NCBI GenBank assembly: GCA_963713865.1
Contig: OY970208.1
Location: 1,952,001-2,016,000 of the forward strand
DNA from: an uncultured candidate division Zixibacteria bacterium
GTDB lineage: Bacteria; Zixibacteria; MSB-5A5; RBG-16-43-9
Reading direction: 5' to 3'
DNA length: 64,000 nucleotides
Part shown: one piece after another, positions 28,013 through 38,407 of the stretch
How the letters are laid out: every line of letters begins with the position of its first letter
Numbering within the stretch: the stretch's first letter is position 1
The notes under the pieces: generated by a model
Database searches by the model: none
What the model was told of the DNA's origin: nothing
What the model saw: only the letters and a program-made list of their open reading frames with translations
Translations under genes and position numbers: made by a program

Positions 28013-28039
28013 TTATCGGCATTTTGCCTTTTCTTATTA
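28013..28039 (-). promoter_or_regulatory. Probable sigma28 promoter of the response regulator
   Basis: TAATAAGA-N11-GCCGATAA; perfect -10, weak -35. Confidence 0.5.
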
Positions 28040-28154
28040 TTCGGGAAGGAAATAGTTGACAGATCAACCTGGATTTCTCCTAAAAGCAAAGATTCCCGGA
28101 AGTATTTTTCCCGGGAATCCCGGTATCTTCATAACAACGCCGAGCTTATCTATC

Positions 28155-29861
28155 TTACCCCTTCAGTAGTTTACGGTATCCGGCTTTATCAGACAATATC
28201 TCTGCTGCTTTCTTCACTATCGGATCGGTTTTCAATAGTACCTCTTCGTAATAACCTTTTTCTCCATATAAACTGATCAGGATGTCTCTCTTGATAGCCT
28301 TTTTAATATAGTCTAAGCTATTAGTGAAATCGTTTTCCTTAGATTTTTGAATCACCTTTTTCAACTCCTGAAGTACAGGATCAAAAATATCCTTATCCTT
28401 CTGGGAATTTACATTCTTCTCTAATCCTTGCAAGGATAGCTCCACAGAGTTAAGGTAGGTAAAGTTTTTCTCTTCAAGAAATTTCTTAAATTCAGATAAC
28501 ATATTATCATCCACCTCAAAATCCTTAGGTAAGTCTTTATGTCGAGAGATATACCTTACTGCAAAATCAAAGAACATCTGCTGTCTTTCTAAATCGATCT
28601 CTATGGGCTGAAATTTCTCTTCCGGAATAACGATATCCGGAACAATTCCGCCGCCACCATACACTATCCGACCCCCATTGGTATGAAAGATCTCTGCCGG
28701 CTTGGGTTCGTTTTTGGAACTATCTGTATCTCCTTCTTCGGAAAATAAATCAGGATTTCTTTTAGATTTCTCTGGCTTCTGGATACACCTGTTGCTGGGA
28801 ATATAATATTTTGCGATGGTTAATTTGAGAAAAACATCATCCGGCATATTCAAAACCGTTTGCACCAGACCTTTCCCATAAGTGGTATCACCTATTATCA
28901 CTCCTCTATCCCAGTCCTGAATTGCACCGGCAACGATCTCTGAAGCAGAAGCAGTCTGTGCATCTACCAATACGACTAAAGGCTTATCTGGATAAAGGGC
29001 TTTTTCCTGGGATACATACTTAATTAGATCTTCCTGCTTTTTGCCCTGAGTATAGACAATTAGCTTTCCCTCATCTAAGAATAGATTTGAGGTTTCCACT
29101 CCCTCATTCAGAAGTCCTCCTCCATTAAATCGCAGATCAAATATCAATCCTTTGACATTCCGCTCATTCAGGTCGCGAATGGCTTCCTTCAACTCTGTCC
29201 CGGTTTCCTCTGAAAATCGGGAAAGCCTGACATAACCGATCCCATCTCCAAACATTCCATAATAGGGAACGTTCTTTAACTCAATCACCGCCCTTTCGAT
29301 TACATAATCTAAAGGCTCCTCAATCCCTTCCCTTTGTATTTTCATGGTAACTTTAGTCCCGGCTGGTCCTCTCATCAGATTGGAAGCTTCTTCAGAGCTC
29401 ATGCCATAAGTATCCTTACCTTCTATCTCGATTATTTTATCCCCTGCTCTCAAACCCATGCGGAAAGCAGGAGTCCCTTCCATAGGTGAAACTATAATGA
29501 TGTATTTATCTTTCCTCTCTATGGTCATTCCCAAACCTTCATACTTTCCATGGGTGAACTCTATCAATTGGTTATAGGTCTTCTTCTCTAACAGAGCCGA
29601 AAAAGGGTCCAAAAGCTCTAACATTCCTCTTATTCCAGCATACCCCAATTCCTTCGGATCGACTTCTTCCACATAACGATCATTAATGTTGTAAGCCGCC
29701 TGAGCCAGAAGTTTGCTGTATCTCATTATGGTATCTTTAGTCTGGGGCTGGGCTTGAAGAGTCTGTTCTCCGGTCTGCCCTAATCCAACAATCCAGATTA
29801 TGGCTACAGCAGCCAAGGCTAAGACTAAAGCTATGATTCCATATTTTTTCTCGCTTAACAT
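28155..29861 (-). CDS. S41 C-terminal processing protease (CtpA/Prc-like) with PDZ
   Basis: LDPFS, DLRFNGGG, TASASEI, TYGKG; ATG 29861 after GGAGG. Confidence 0.93.
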   Translation of the reverse strand: MLSEKKYGIIALVLALAAVAIIWIVGLGQTGEQTLQAQPQTKDTIMRYSKLLAQAAYNINDRYVEEVDPKELGYAGIRGMLELLDPFSALLEKKTYNQLIEFTHGKYEGLGMTIERKDKYIIIVSPMEGTPAFRMGLRAGDKIIEIEGKDTYGMSSEEASNLMRGPAGTKVTMKIQREGIEEPLDYVIERAVIELKNVPYYGMFGDGIGYVRLSRFSEETGTELKEAIRDLNERNVKGLIFDLRFNGGGLLNEGVETSNLFLDEGKLIVYTQGKKQEDLIKYVSQEKALYPDKPLVVLVDAQTASASEIVAGAIQDWDRGVIIGDTTYGKGLVQTVLNMPDDVFLKLTIAKYYIPSNRCIQKPEKSKRNPDLFSEEGDTDSSKNEPKPAEIFHTNGGRIVYGGGGIVPDIVIPEEKFQPIEIDLERQQMFFDFAVRYISRHKDLPKDFEVDDNMLSEFKKFLEEKNFTYLNSVELSLQGLEKNVNSQKDKDIFDPVLQELKKVIQKSKENDFTNSLDYIKKAIKRDILISLYGEKGYYEEVLLKTDPIVKKAAEILSDKAGYRKLLKG

Positions 29862-30026
29862 AATACCTCCAAACATCAAAAGTTTAAAGCTAAATTGACA
29901 TCCTATCTCTGCTTAGAATTTAACAAATTATGCGCTTTTGTCAATATCAATATTTGAACAATTTGTTTTTTTAGCAGGCTAATCCCTAGTAAATTCTGAA
30001 TTTAATCCTGTGCAAAAATACTACAG

Positions 30027-32289
30027 TTAAACCAATACTTTTTTAAGAGAAGAAAGGTACAGGAAGACTAAGAGGACAAAATTTAAAAGGAAAAGGAGCC
30101 AGAGGCTCAAAGTTATACCTAAAAGGGGGATTAAAATTACAGATGTTAGGATAGCGCTCAAGCCTGATCCAAAAAGGTCTATGGCATAGCCGGTCCCAGC
30201 TATTTTTATCCCTTTTTTATGAATATAAAACTGATTTGCGCAGGTAAACTCCGCTCCCCCAATGAAACCTGAGAAAACGATCACCCCACCCAAAATAATT
30301 TCTAATAATTCAGGGCTCAGCCAGGATCTGAGAAAACTGGATATAAGACTCAACAGAAAAAGGAACAAGATAACCTGTAGAACTTGTAACCGTCTTAAAC
30401 TTCCAAAACTTACCTCTTCTTTTTTTCTGGCTATAAAGAAAGCTCCGGAAAAAAGACCCAACATAAAAAGAGTTAGGAAAATTCCGACTTTTGAATAGAT
30501 ATAGCCATATAATACCTGATAGATTAAAAGAATAGAGATCTCCAGGGTTATGCTGGAAAACCCTGCTAAAAATATGGTGTATAAGGAGAGATGGGTTAAA
30601 CTATTTTTTGTATTGAAAAATAAAAACGCCAGCGAAATAGATATAATAAATCCTGAAAGAAAATACCAGACTGGACTAACTTTAGATAAATAGATAAATA
30701 CAGGCTTCTCAAAAGATTTAAGCTGAGTACTCCATAAGACTGTATTATAAAAGTAAGAAATTGGCTTCAGGTCATAATTTTTCTCCCCTTGATAAGAACC
30801 AATAGTTTTGAAAAGGTATTCTATCCTTTCTTTTGAAAGGCGATTCTTTAAAAAATGCTCATTTATATAAGTAGTCTCAATGTTTTTCTTTTTTAGATTC
30901 TCTTCTATTTTCATCCAGTCATCAGTTAAATTTTGTCTGTCGCTGGCCAAGAAGATGTTATTCGAACCGGGTAGAACAATTACCGATTTAAATACGGACG
31001 ACAGCGTGCGATAGAAGCTGGAGATATAAAGGGTTTGCTCCGGGTTAAGATAGTTTTCAGCAGAAGTTATGCGGAAACTAAAGATTCCATACGGAGTCAT
31101 AATTTTCTTCACAAGATTGAAAAATTCTTCAGTATAGAAACGGTTAAGCTGAGCATTATATGGATCAGGCAGGTTCAGGATAACCAGATCATATTTTTCC
31201 TCTCTCTTCCCGCTTTTTTCTCTGACGAAAAGCCTGCCGTCTTTATGAATGATCTTTACTCTTTCATCCATAATAGAGTTAACTTCAGATACCGGAAGAA
31301 AACTTTTACCCAACTCAACTATCTCTGGATCAAGTTCTACATAATCTATTTTCAGGCTTTTGTATTTCAATGCCTGGGTAAGGGTACCACCCACCCCCCC
31401 CCCGATCAAAAGTAATTTTTTCGGTTCAGGATGTTCTGCTATAGCATATAAGACAGCTTCTTCAGCTGAATACTCATCGGGATAGGAGAACAAAAGAAGT
31501 CCATTTTCATAAAAGCTGATCTGCTCTCCTGCTTTGAGAACAGCTAAATTGCCATATATTGAATCTACTGATTTTACAAGCGGAAAATCCCTCCATAGTC
31601 TGTTCAGGGATTTATCATTCAGATAACCGTCAAGTTTACCAATTTTGAAGCCTAAAATTCCTAATAATATTAAGAAGAATATTAACTTTCTTTTGACGGA
31701 ATTTTTTATGAGTAAAATAGAGTACAAAAGCAAAGTTATAGACAACCAGCTCTGCACAGAGAGATTTGATAAATTAGGAATCAAAATTAGACTGCCTAAA
31801 AGACCACCTAAGCCAGCTCCAAAAGATTCCCAGAGATAAACTCTGGTTACCAGAATATTTTGTCTGGATTCAAAAAGCCAGAGAGTGGAGTTTAAGACAA
31901 AGAGTATCCCTAAAACCAGAACAAAGTGGGCACAAAACAAAGAAAGTGAACAGGAGCATAGGTAAAAATCCGATAATCTCACCGGGAAGGGTATTCAGAA
32001 TTATCCTGGAATATCTTATTCCAATAATTGTCATAATTGAGAAAAGAGCTAAGAGGAAATACCAGAAAGACAGACTCTTCAATAGAGAATTCTTAGAATT
32101 GGAGATAATATCCCCCAGTTTGCTTCCCAACCCCACCCATAAAAGCCAGACACAGAGCAGAATACCCAGACACAGCTCATTCCCGTAAAAAACAGTTAAA
32201 AGCTCTCTGAAAAGAATTATCTGCGAAAGGATCGAAGCAAATCCTAAAAGGATACAGGCTGAGATAAAAAGGCTCTTATTTCGAATCAT
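30027..32289 (-). CDS. Multi-TM protein with spermidine synthase-like SAM domain, split by a +1 frameshift near 31920
   Basis: Two overlapping ORFs join into one family-typical protein (QIILFRELL.VFYGNEL...LLIGGGVGG, YVELD, DGR, NLPDP); span is 3n+1. Confidence 0.8.
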
Positions 32290-32334
32290 TGAGAAAAAAT
32301 CTAATCTATTTTAAATAGAAGTCAAGAAAAAGAG

Positions 32335-32515
32335 GTAGGGGTTCATCCCGCCAAAGGCGGGATTGAACTCCTACAAAATAAATCTCCCAAGTGGTCGCCG
32401 GGTTCCCTGACCCGACGATAAAAGACTTGCCAGGTCAGGGGACCTGGCAAGCACTGAAAAGTTGAGCTCCTGCTCCAGCAAAAATATGTTGCGTCGGGCT
32501 TTATGCCCGACGCAA
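32335..32515. repeat. REP-like palindrome cluster
   Basis: gtaggggttca-tcccgccaaaggcggga-ttgaactcctac; ttgccaggtc..gacctggcaa; ttgcgtcgggc..gcccgacgcaa. Confidence 0.75.
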
Positions 32516-32520
32516 GAATA

Positions 32521-33684
32521 CTAAGACCAGACCCCTGGTATTTTCTCCCCGCAGAATTTGCATCTTCCCTTTTGCAAATTCATCTGGGTAATGGAAAATC
32601 CATATCTGCCTATTATGATTTTCTTGCATTTAGGACAATAGGTATTCTCCCCTTCGTGTCCCGGCACATTCCCTATATAAACAAAATTAAGACCAATTTC
32701 CTGAGCAATTTTTCTTGCCTGCTCTAAGGAAGAAACTGGAGTAAGTGGCAAATTCTTTAATAGATACAACGGAGTAAAGCGTGTAAAATGAACCGGCACA
32801 TCCGGACCTAAGTTGTTTAAAATCCACAAACACATTTTCTTGATATCAACCATATCATCATTCAAAGTCGGAACCATTAAATAAACTATCTCATGCCATA
32901 TTCCGATTCTCTTCAATTCTTTTAGTGAATCCAGAACCGGCTGAAGCTTTCCCTGGCAGATCTCCTGATAATATTTCTCGGTAAAACCCTTTAAATCGAT
33001 TTTCACCGCAGTTAATTCCTTGCACAATTCAATCAGAGGTTCTGGTTGAATATATCCCGCGGATACCATCACACTTTTTACCCCTTTCTCTTTTCCTGAC
33101 TTGGCGCAGTCCAGCATATATTCATAAAAAACTGTCGGCTCTGAATAGGTGTAAGCGATTGAAGGACAGTTTCCTTTTAAAGCATACTCCACCACGGTTT
33201 GGGGCGAGAACTCATAATTATAGGTTTGCTCCGGTCGGGCTTGTGATATCTCCCAATTCTGGCAGAATTTACAGTTCAAGTTGCATCCAGCCGTGGCTAT
33301 GGAAAAAGCATCTGTTCCGGGTAAAAAATGAAAGAAGGGCTTCTTCTCAATCGGATCTTTGTGAAAGGTGCAGAGATAACCGTAGACCAGGGTGTAGTAA
33401 ACCCCTTTCTTATTCTCTCTTACCCCGCAATAACCTCTTTCCCTGTCACCGACCCGGCATTTCCTGGGACAGAGCTGGCATTCTATCTCTTTATGCTCAA
33501 GCTTCTTATAATATTTCGCCTCTATGTGAGAAATCATGCCAGTTGAGCTTAAAGCATAAGCTGTATCCGGAAGAGATAACAAAGGAACTTTTGAGATTAA
33601 ATTTGAGCAAATAGCTCCTCCGGTCCCGGCTAAAGAATATTTGAAAAATTCTCTTCTTTTAAATTTCTTCATTTTATTTTGCAA
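32521..33684 (-). CDS. amrS: AmmeMemoRadiSam-type radical SAM enzyme with twin-arginine leader
   Basis: KRREFFK leader; CQLCPRKC, DPIEKKP, CNLNCKFCQNWEISQ, YIGNV...TYCPKC. Confidence 0.88.
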   Translation of the reverse strand: MQNKMKKFKRREFFKYSLAGTGGAICSNLISKVPLLSLPDTAYALSSTGMISHIEAKYYKKLEHKEIECQLCPRKCRVGDRERGYCGVRENKKGVYYTLVYGYLCTFHKDPIEKKPFFHFLPGTDAFSIATAGCNLNCKFCQNWEISQARPEQTYNYEFSPQTVVEYALKGNCPSIAYTYSEPTVFYEYMLDCAKSGKEKGVKSVMVSAGYIQPEPLIELCKELTAVKIDLKGFTEKYYQEICQGKLQPVLDSLKELKRIGIWHEIVYLMVPTLNDDMVDIKKMCLWILNNLGPDVPVHFTRFTPLYLLKNLPLTPVSSLEQARKIAQEIGLNFVYIGNVPGHEGENTYCPKCKKIIIGRYGFSITQMNLQKGRCKFCGEKIPGVWS

Positions 33685-34587
33685 TTAAAGATTTACCTCA
33701 ATCATTTCAATCTCCTCTAAAGAGGCTTTACCCAAGTTATGATTTTTATCTGCGGCTGTAAAGATATACTTAGGATATAGTCCGGATTTTTCCAAAGCAG
33801 GAATTCCTTTTTTCTGTCGAAGCTGGTTTATTATCTGATAACCGATGAAATCTAAAGCTACAGGGTCTGAGCTGATTATTATTCCCTGGTAATCCTCATT
33901 CCACCCGGGATGATAAGAAGGACCCCCTTTATATTGAACCGTTAAAGCATCACAGATAATCAATCTGTTCTGGTCTTTTATTTCGGGTAGAGCATTCAGG
34001 TCAGCTACAAAAGGGTCACAGCCATCCTCGTGATATTTATTGGGGTTGTTAATTGCCCCATAGAAATTCTTCAGGGCACAACTTACCCCAGAGAGTCCAT
34101 GATCCTTTAAAGTCGGTATATTTACCTGAACGTTAGTATAGTTTAATAAAATCTTGCTCAAGAGGCTTCCGATATTAAGATGCTCGTACAAATCACTTGA
34201 ATATCCTATTCCCTCCGTATCGGTCCCGAAACAGCGTAAACCATCGTTATTAAAATTCAGCGGAAAACCGACATCTTCCAATTCATCATTCGAACGATCC
34301 CAGATGATGATACTCTTATCCTTTATCCCACTTTCTTTGAGTAAACCGGCAAAACCTAAAGCTACTTCCGGATGAGTGGAAGCCCCCTTCCCTGCCAGGC
34401 AATTCACCTTCAAGCCCACTATCTCCTTTGGAGAATAGAATTTTCGAATAGAATCCCTGAAATCCGAGTCCCCGGAAAAAGCTGAAAGTCCTCTTTTGAT
34501 CATCTCTGAAAGAACAGAGGAATCGATCTTCTTAGAGCTATTTATAGCCTTATTTGAGCGGATAATTACTACTTTAGACTTATTCAC
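33685..34587 (-). CDS. DUF362 family protein
   Basis: VGLKVN, THPE, NIPTLKDH, ALKN.YG, DPVALD. Confidence 0.82.
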   Translation of the reverse strand: MNKSKVVIIRSNKAINSSKKIDSSVLSEMIKRGLSAFSGDSDFRDSIRKFYSPKEIVGLKVNCLAGKGASTHPEVALGFAGLLKESGIKDKSIIIWDRSNDELEDVGFPLNFNNDGLRCFGTDTEGIGYSSDLYEHLNIGSLLSKILLNYTNVQVNIPTLKDHGLSGVSCALKNFYGAINNPNKYHEDGCDPFVADLNALPEIKDQNRLIICDALTVQYKGGPSYHPGWNEDYQGIIISSDPVALDFIGYQIINQLRQKKGIPALEKSGLYPKYIFTAADKNHNLGKASLEEIEMIEVNL

Positions 34588-34642
34588 ATAAATCTCTCTT
34601 CCTCTAACTTACTATTTAAAATACGATTAATTATTGAAAGAT

Positions 34643-34670
34643 GTAGGGGTTCAAATTTTTGAATCCCTAC
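34643..34670. repeat. REP-like palindrome, uncapped version of the 32335 element
   Basis: gtaggggttcaaatttttgaatccctac. Confidence 0.7.
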
Positions 34671-34773
34671 TATTTATAAGTCTCTTAACAGATTTTAGTT
34701 GACAGCTTTAAATTGAAGCTTATATTTTCAATGAAATTAAATCCATTCCTCTAAAAATGGAAAGGAGGGTCAG

Positions 34774-35007
34774 ATGACAGTCAAAGCTTTCATTTTAATC
34801 GAGATGGAACCTAAGAGCATTAATGGAGCCATTCAAGCTCTGAAAGCAGTTCCCCAGGTGAAGTCCGCTACTGCAGTAGCAGGACCTTATGATATTGTGG
34901 CAGTCATTGAATCAAAATCCTATGAGGATATTCCGCGGATCATCACCAAGGAGATACAATCAGTTGAAGGGGTAATCAAAACTACTACCCTTTTAGCTTT
35001 CGAATAA
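34774..35007 (+). CDS. Stand-alone Lrp/AsnC ligand-binding domain protein
   Basis: KAFILI...VAGPYDIVAVI...I..VEGV.KTTT; AGGAGG SD. Confidence 0.88.
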   Translation: MTVKAFILIEMEPKSINGAIQALKAVPQVKSATAVAGPYDIVAVIESKSYEDIPRIITKEIQSVEGVIKTTTLLAFE

Positions 35008-35040
35008 AAAATAGCGTCCGGTCTAAACCCGGACGCTATT
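35005..35040. terminator. Hairpin terminator between convergent genes
   Basis: aatagcgtccgg-tctaaac-ccggacgctatt with flanking A-run. Confidence 0.7.
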
Positions 35041-35092
35041 CCCGGTATGGAAATTGTGGAACAGAAAACGGAACTACATGGTTTAATTTATA

Positions 35093-35515
35093 CTATCTCC
35101 CTTGACGACCTTTTCTTTCAACGGTAGTTTTTTTCTCCTCGGTCTTTTTCTCGGTCTTCTCTTTTTCTAAGCGATCATCTATACCGTTTCCATTTTTATC
35201 TATAAAATAATCATACCTGTCTTTCTTTTCCTCTTTCAGACTCCCTTTAAGCCCCTTGAGTATTTTAGATAATCCTGTTTCTTTTTCCTTCTCTGGTTTC
35301 CTTACTTCAGCTTCCCTGGCTTCTATTTTTTTACTCTCCTTCCCGGCCGAACTCTCTTCTTTTTTTCCAACCTCAGAAGGTCCGGGTTTTGTTTCTGCTT
35401 TCTGCTCTTTATCAGTTATGTTATCCTTCTTGGGGGTTCTCTCTATGGCTAAAACCGAAGAGAAAAGAAAAACTGAGAGCAAGAGCAGTACCAGCATTAA
35501 AAAGACTCTTTTCAT
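35093..35515 (-). CDS. Secreted, highly charged protein with a DxNxNGxxD Ca-binding-like motif
   Basis: Signal peptide ending SSVLA; FIDKNGNGIDDR. Confidence 0.7.
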   Translation of the reverse strand: MKRVFLMLVLLLLSVFLFSSVLAIERTPKKDNITDKEQKAETKPGPSEVGKKEESSAGKESKKIEAREAEVRKPEKEKETGLSKILKGLKGSLKEEKKDRYDYFIDKNGNGIDDRLEKEKTEKKTEEKKTTVERKGRQGR

Positions 35516-35527
35516 TTTTTATTTACC

Positions 35528-36847
35528 TCACCTTTTCCTCTCGGTTTTATTTCTTTTGACCTCAACTTTTTCCCGGTTGATCTGAGTGCTTTTCTCTTTG
35601 TGGATCACTTTACTTTTTTGTTCATACTTTGGGGATTCAGGTTTTCTTGATTCCAGATTGCTTTTTTTCTGAGGAACACTTTCCGCTTTGATTTCTTTTT
35701 CCTTCGTTCTTACCCTCTCAGAGGTAATATCCCTCTCCCTTACTTTCTTTTCTTCAACTCTTCCCTTCTCCGGAACAAAATCCTTTTCCCTGTCATTTAT
35801 TCTTTCTTTTTTCTGCTCTATTACCCTATCCTGCCGTGGAGATTTTTCTTCATAATAATCAGACCGGGAGCGGACTTGTTTTTCTACAGGTAATGTTCTT
35901 TTATCCTTGACATACCGGTATTCCTTCTCTTTCCAGCTTCGATATTCTTTTTTAACCGGGTCCTCAGAGACATATTTTATTCGCTGATTTATCTTGGCAT
36001 CCACTCTGACGGTTTTACTTCTCTCTACATAAACATAGTCATTCCATACTCTGCAGCCGTTATAATAATAGGTTACATAGTGCCTGCCGACGATGATAGC
36101 GGGAATGGTTATCGGGGCTATCCCATAGAAAATGCCATCGATATAGACCTCCACTCCATAGGGAGCCCAGAAATAGACACTTCCTAAATCGTAAGGGAAA
36201 GAATAAGGGTAATACTGATAAAGGTCTGGATGATAATACCACCGGGGATGAGGATACCTCACATAGAGATTAGTCACATCCGTGACATAATCCGGAGATG
36301 GGCTGATTTGATGGTTCACCCATTCCATAAAAACGTAGGGGTCTTCATCCTCATCCATCCTCAAGGTGCGGACATCTGCTGGCTCTGTTCCTTCTCTATA
36401 ATAATCCGACCAGTGCGGAAGGGAAAGAGGCTCATAAGAAGCCACTGCCTGAATGTACTCGACGCCTGATGGACCATCCACTGTCAGAGAATAATCATCA
36501 TATCTGCCCGGAATCCCGTAAACTCTGCCGCCTTCGACGTAACGATCATCCTCTGAGCTATAAGGATAAAGAACGTTTACATATCCACGGGTATCCAGGT
36601 TATAAACTACGACGTAACAATCCCTGGAAGCTCTGAAATAAATCCGGATATCGTCACCCGGATAATAGGTCGATCCCTCCCCTTTATCGATCCAGACATC
36701 GATATCTAAACCTGGATTAGGTGTCCGTATAATCCGGTTTTCGGCCATCCCCTGATATTCGTCTTTCTCTGGCGACTGTGCGAATGCTGGTTTAAAAGTC
36801 AAAGCCAAAACCAGGATCGCCAGCATCAGTTTTAATATTTTCAACAT
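35528..36847 (-). CDS. Secreted DUF4384 plus PEGA-like protein with charged tail
   Basis: Signal peptide; YYPGDDIRIYFRASRDCYVVVYNLD.RG.V.VLYP; GVEVYIDG..YG.AP. Confidence 0.75.
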   Translation of the reverse strand: MLKILKLMLAILVLALTFKPAFAQSPEKDEYQGMAENRIIRTPNPGLDIDVWIDKGEGSTYYPGDDIRIYFRASRDCYVVVYNLDTRGYVNVLYPYSSEDDRYVEGGRVYGIPGRYDDYSLTVDGPSGVEYIQAVASYEPLSLPHWSDYYREGTEPADVRTLRMDEDEDPYVFMEWVNHQISPSPDYVTDVTNLYVRYPHPRWYYHPDLYQYYPYSFPYDLGSVYFWAPYGVEVYIDGIFYGIAPITIPAIIVGRHYVTYYYNGCRVWNDYVYVERSKTVRVDAKINQRIKYVSEDPVKKEYRSWKEKEYRYVKDKRTLPVEKQVRSRSDYYEEKSPRQDRVIEQKKERINDREKDFVPEKGRVEEKKVRERDITSERVRTKEKEIKAESVPQKKSNLESRKPESPKYEQKSKVIHKEKSTQINREKVEVKRNKTERKR

Positions 36848-36894
36848 CTCAATCACTCCTTTCATCCCGTATTTATGCGGGATTGTCTTACTTC

Positions 36895-37317
36895 TTACCT
36901 ATTAGGTTTCCCGGGTTTCCTGTATTCCTTCTCAATCTTCTTCCTTTCCTCTCCACTCACTCCGCGATATTCTCTCTCAATCCTATCTCTTTCCTTATCA
37001 CTTACTCTGTATTTCTTGTAATGCTCCACAAATTCTTTGTCTTTATGATAATTATATTTCTTGTAAACATAAACCCGGTCCACTCCATGTCTGGGAAGAT
37101 AATAATACCCATTATCCACGAAATAGAAATCATAAAAATCACACTCTGCATACACTTGAGTCCAGGTTGGATGATGATGACAGTCATAACAGTAGCGCGG
37201 GTGGTGATACCCGTATCTTGGACCACCAAAGACACCTCCCACATACAGAGCACAGCCACTTATAAAAACACCCAGGACTATCAAGAGACTCCCTAATACT
37301 AATCTTCTGTTTCTCAT
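36895..37317 (-). CDS. Tyr/His-rich lipoprotein with one CxxCH motif
   Basis: ATG 37317 after GGAGG; lipobox ISGC; YCYDCHHHP. Confidence 0.75.
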   Translation of the reverse strand: MRNRRLVLGSLLIVLGVFISGCALYVGGVFGGPRYGYHHPRYCYDCHHHPTWTQVYAECDFYDFYFVDNGYYYLPRHGVDRVYVYKKYNYHKDKEFVEHYKKYRVSDKERDRIEREYRGVSGEERKKIEKEYRKPGKPNR

Positions 37318-37352
37318 TTCAACCTCCTTCCAGTAACCCTTAAAAGATCGCA

Positions 37353-38195
37353 CTACTTTTTATTAGCAATCCTCTTAGGCACAATCTTAAGCTCAGGATT
37401 ACCCACTGCAGTCTGATAAGCCCATTCGAATCTTATATGATTATAATAGATAGTATCAATATCGGTAACTCTCAATTTGGCATAACGATTATCCCAGGTC
37501 CAGATAACATAAGTATGACCTAACCAAACTGGAATGTAGTCCAACTCAGACCAGCCTATGTTCGTATCCGGTGCAACATTTATCTCATCCAGACTATTCG
37601 TAAATCCAAAGTCTTGTATATCATTAGGAATACTATCCTTCATAGTAGTATTAAGATAAAAAACTCTAGCGTAACTATCTAAATAAACATCACAAAGTGG
37701 GCTGGTTCTGGAGACAATTTGTACTCCCAGTTGATTATCGAAGTAAATCCCAGCGTGACTATTGTCAATTGCTACATTAAATAAAATGTTGAAACCATCA
37801 GGTCTGGGAGTATCATAAAGCACTTTAGAAGGCTCACTTTCATTTCTAGAATTATCGACTGCGGTTATAACATAATAATAAGTAGTGCCGTTCTCCACAT
37901 CAGTATCGATATAATTCGGTTTGTTTGTTGATGCCATATATTGGAAATCACTATCTGGTTCTGGAATAATACCATCTGTTTCTGGAGCCCAGTAAATCTT
38001 ATACCTGTAAAAATCCGACTCGTCATTTCTTTCCCAGTAGATATATACTGCTTTATTACCAGTTACACAATATACTCCTTTAGGAGATGAGGGTGGCGTA
38101 GTATCCGGTTCAACTACATAAACCTTCCTCTCACAGCCACTCAATATAAAAAACAAAGCTGTTAAGACTAACGAAATCAAAATTACCTTTCTCAT
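37353..38195 (-). CDS. Lipoprotein with fibronectin type III domain
   Basis: Lipobox LSGC; DTTPPSSP, W.RN.E.D, GTTYYYVITAVDN..NESEPS. Confidence 0.82.
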   Translation of the reverse strand: MRKVILISLVLTALFFILSGCERKVYVVEPDTTPPSSPKGVYCVTGNKAVYIYWERNDESDFYRYKIYWAPETDGIIPEPDSDFQYMASTNKPNYIDTDVENGTTYYYVITAVDNSRNESEPSKVLYDTPRPDGFNILFNVAIDNSHAGIYFDNQLGVQIVSRTSPLCDVYLDSYARVFYLNTTMKDSIPNDIQDFGFTNSLDEINVAPDTNIGWSELDYIPVWLGHTYVIWTWDNRYAKLRVTDIDTIYYNHIRFEWAYQTAVGNPELKIVPKRIANKK

Positions 38196-38230
38196 AACTA
38201 CTCCTTTATAAAAGTTCCATCTATTAATTA

Positions 38231-38246
38231 TGCAAACCTTATGCCT
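38231..38246 (-). promoter_or_regulatory. sigma54 promoter of the lipoprotein operon
   Basis: AGGCATAAGGTTTGCA (GG-N10-GC) 36 nt before the ATG. Confidence 0.75.
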
Positions 38247-38353
38247 AATTTAAAGCAGGTGATAGGAATAAGGTGATAGGTTGTAGGATATTATAATATA
38301 ATGAGTTATCGTAGTTATATAAAGCACTTTATTAAGGACTTATTTTGCTTATA

Positions 38354-38400
38354 TTTGTGAACTGCACAAAAATTGTTCAAAATAATTAAGATTTTGTGCA
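38354..38400. promoter_or_regulatory. Candidate activator binding site (UAS)
   Basis: Inverted repeats TTTGTG-N5-CACAAA and TGCACAAAA-N20-TTTTGTGCA, 110-150 nt upstream of the sigma54 site. Confidence 0.4.
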
Positions 38401-38407
38401 GATTATC

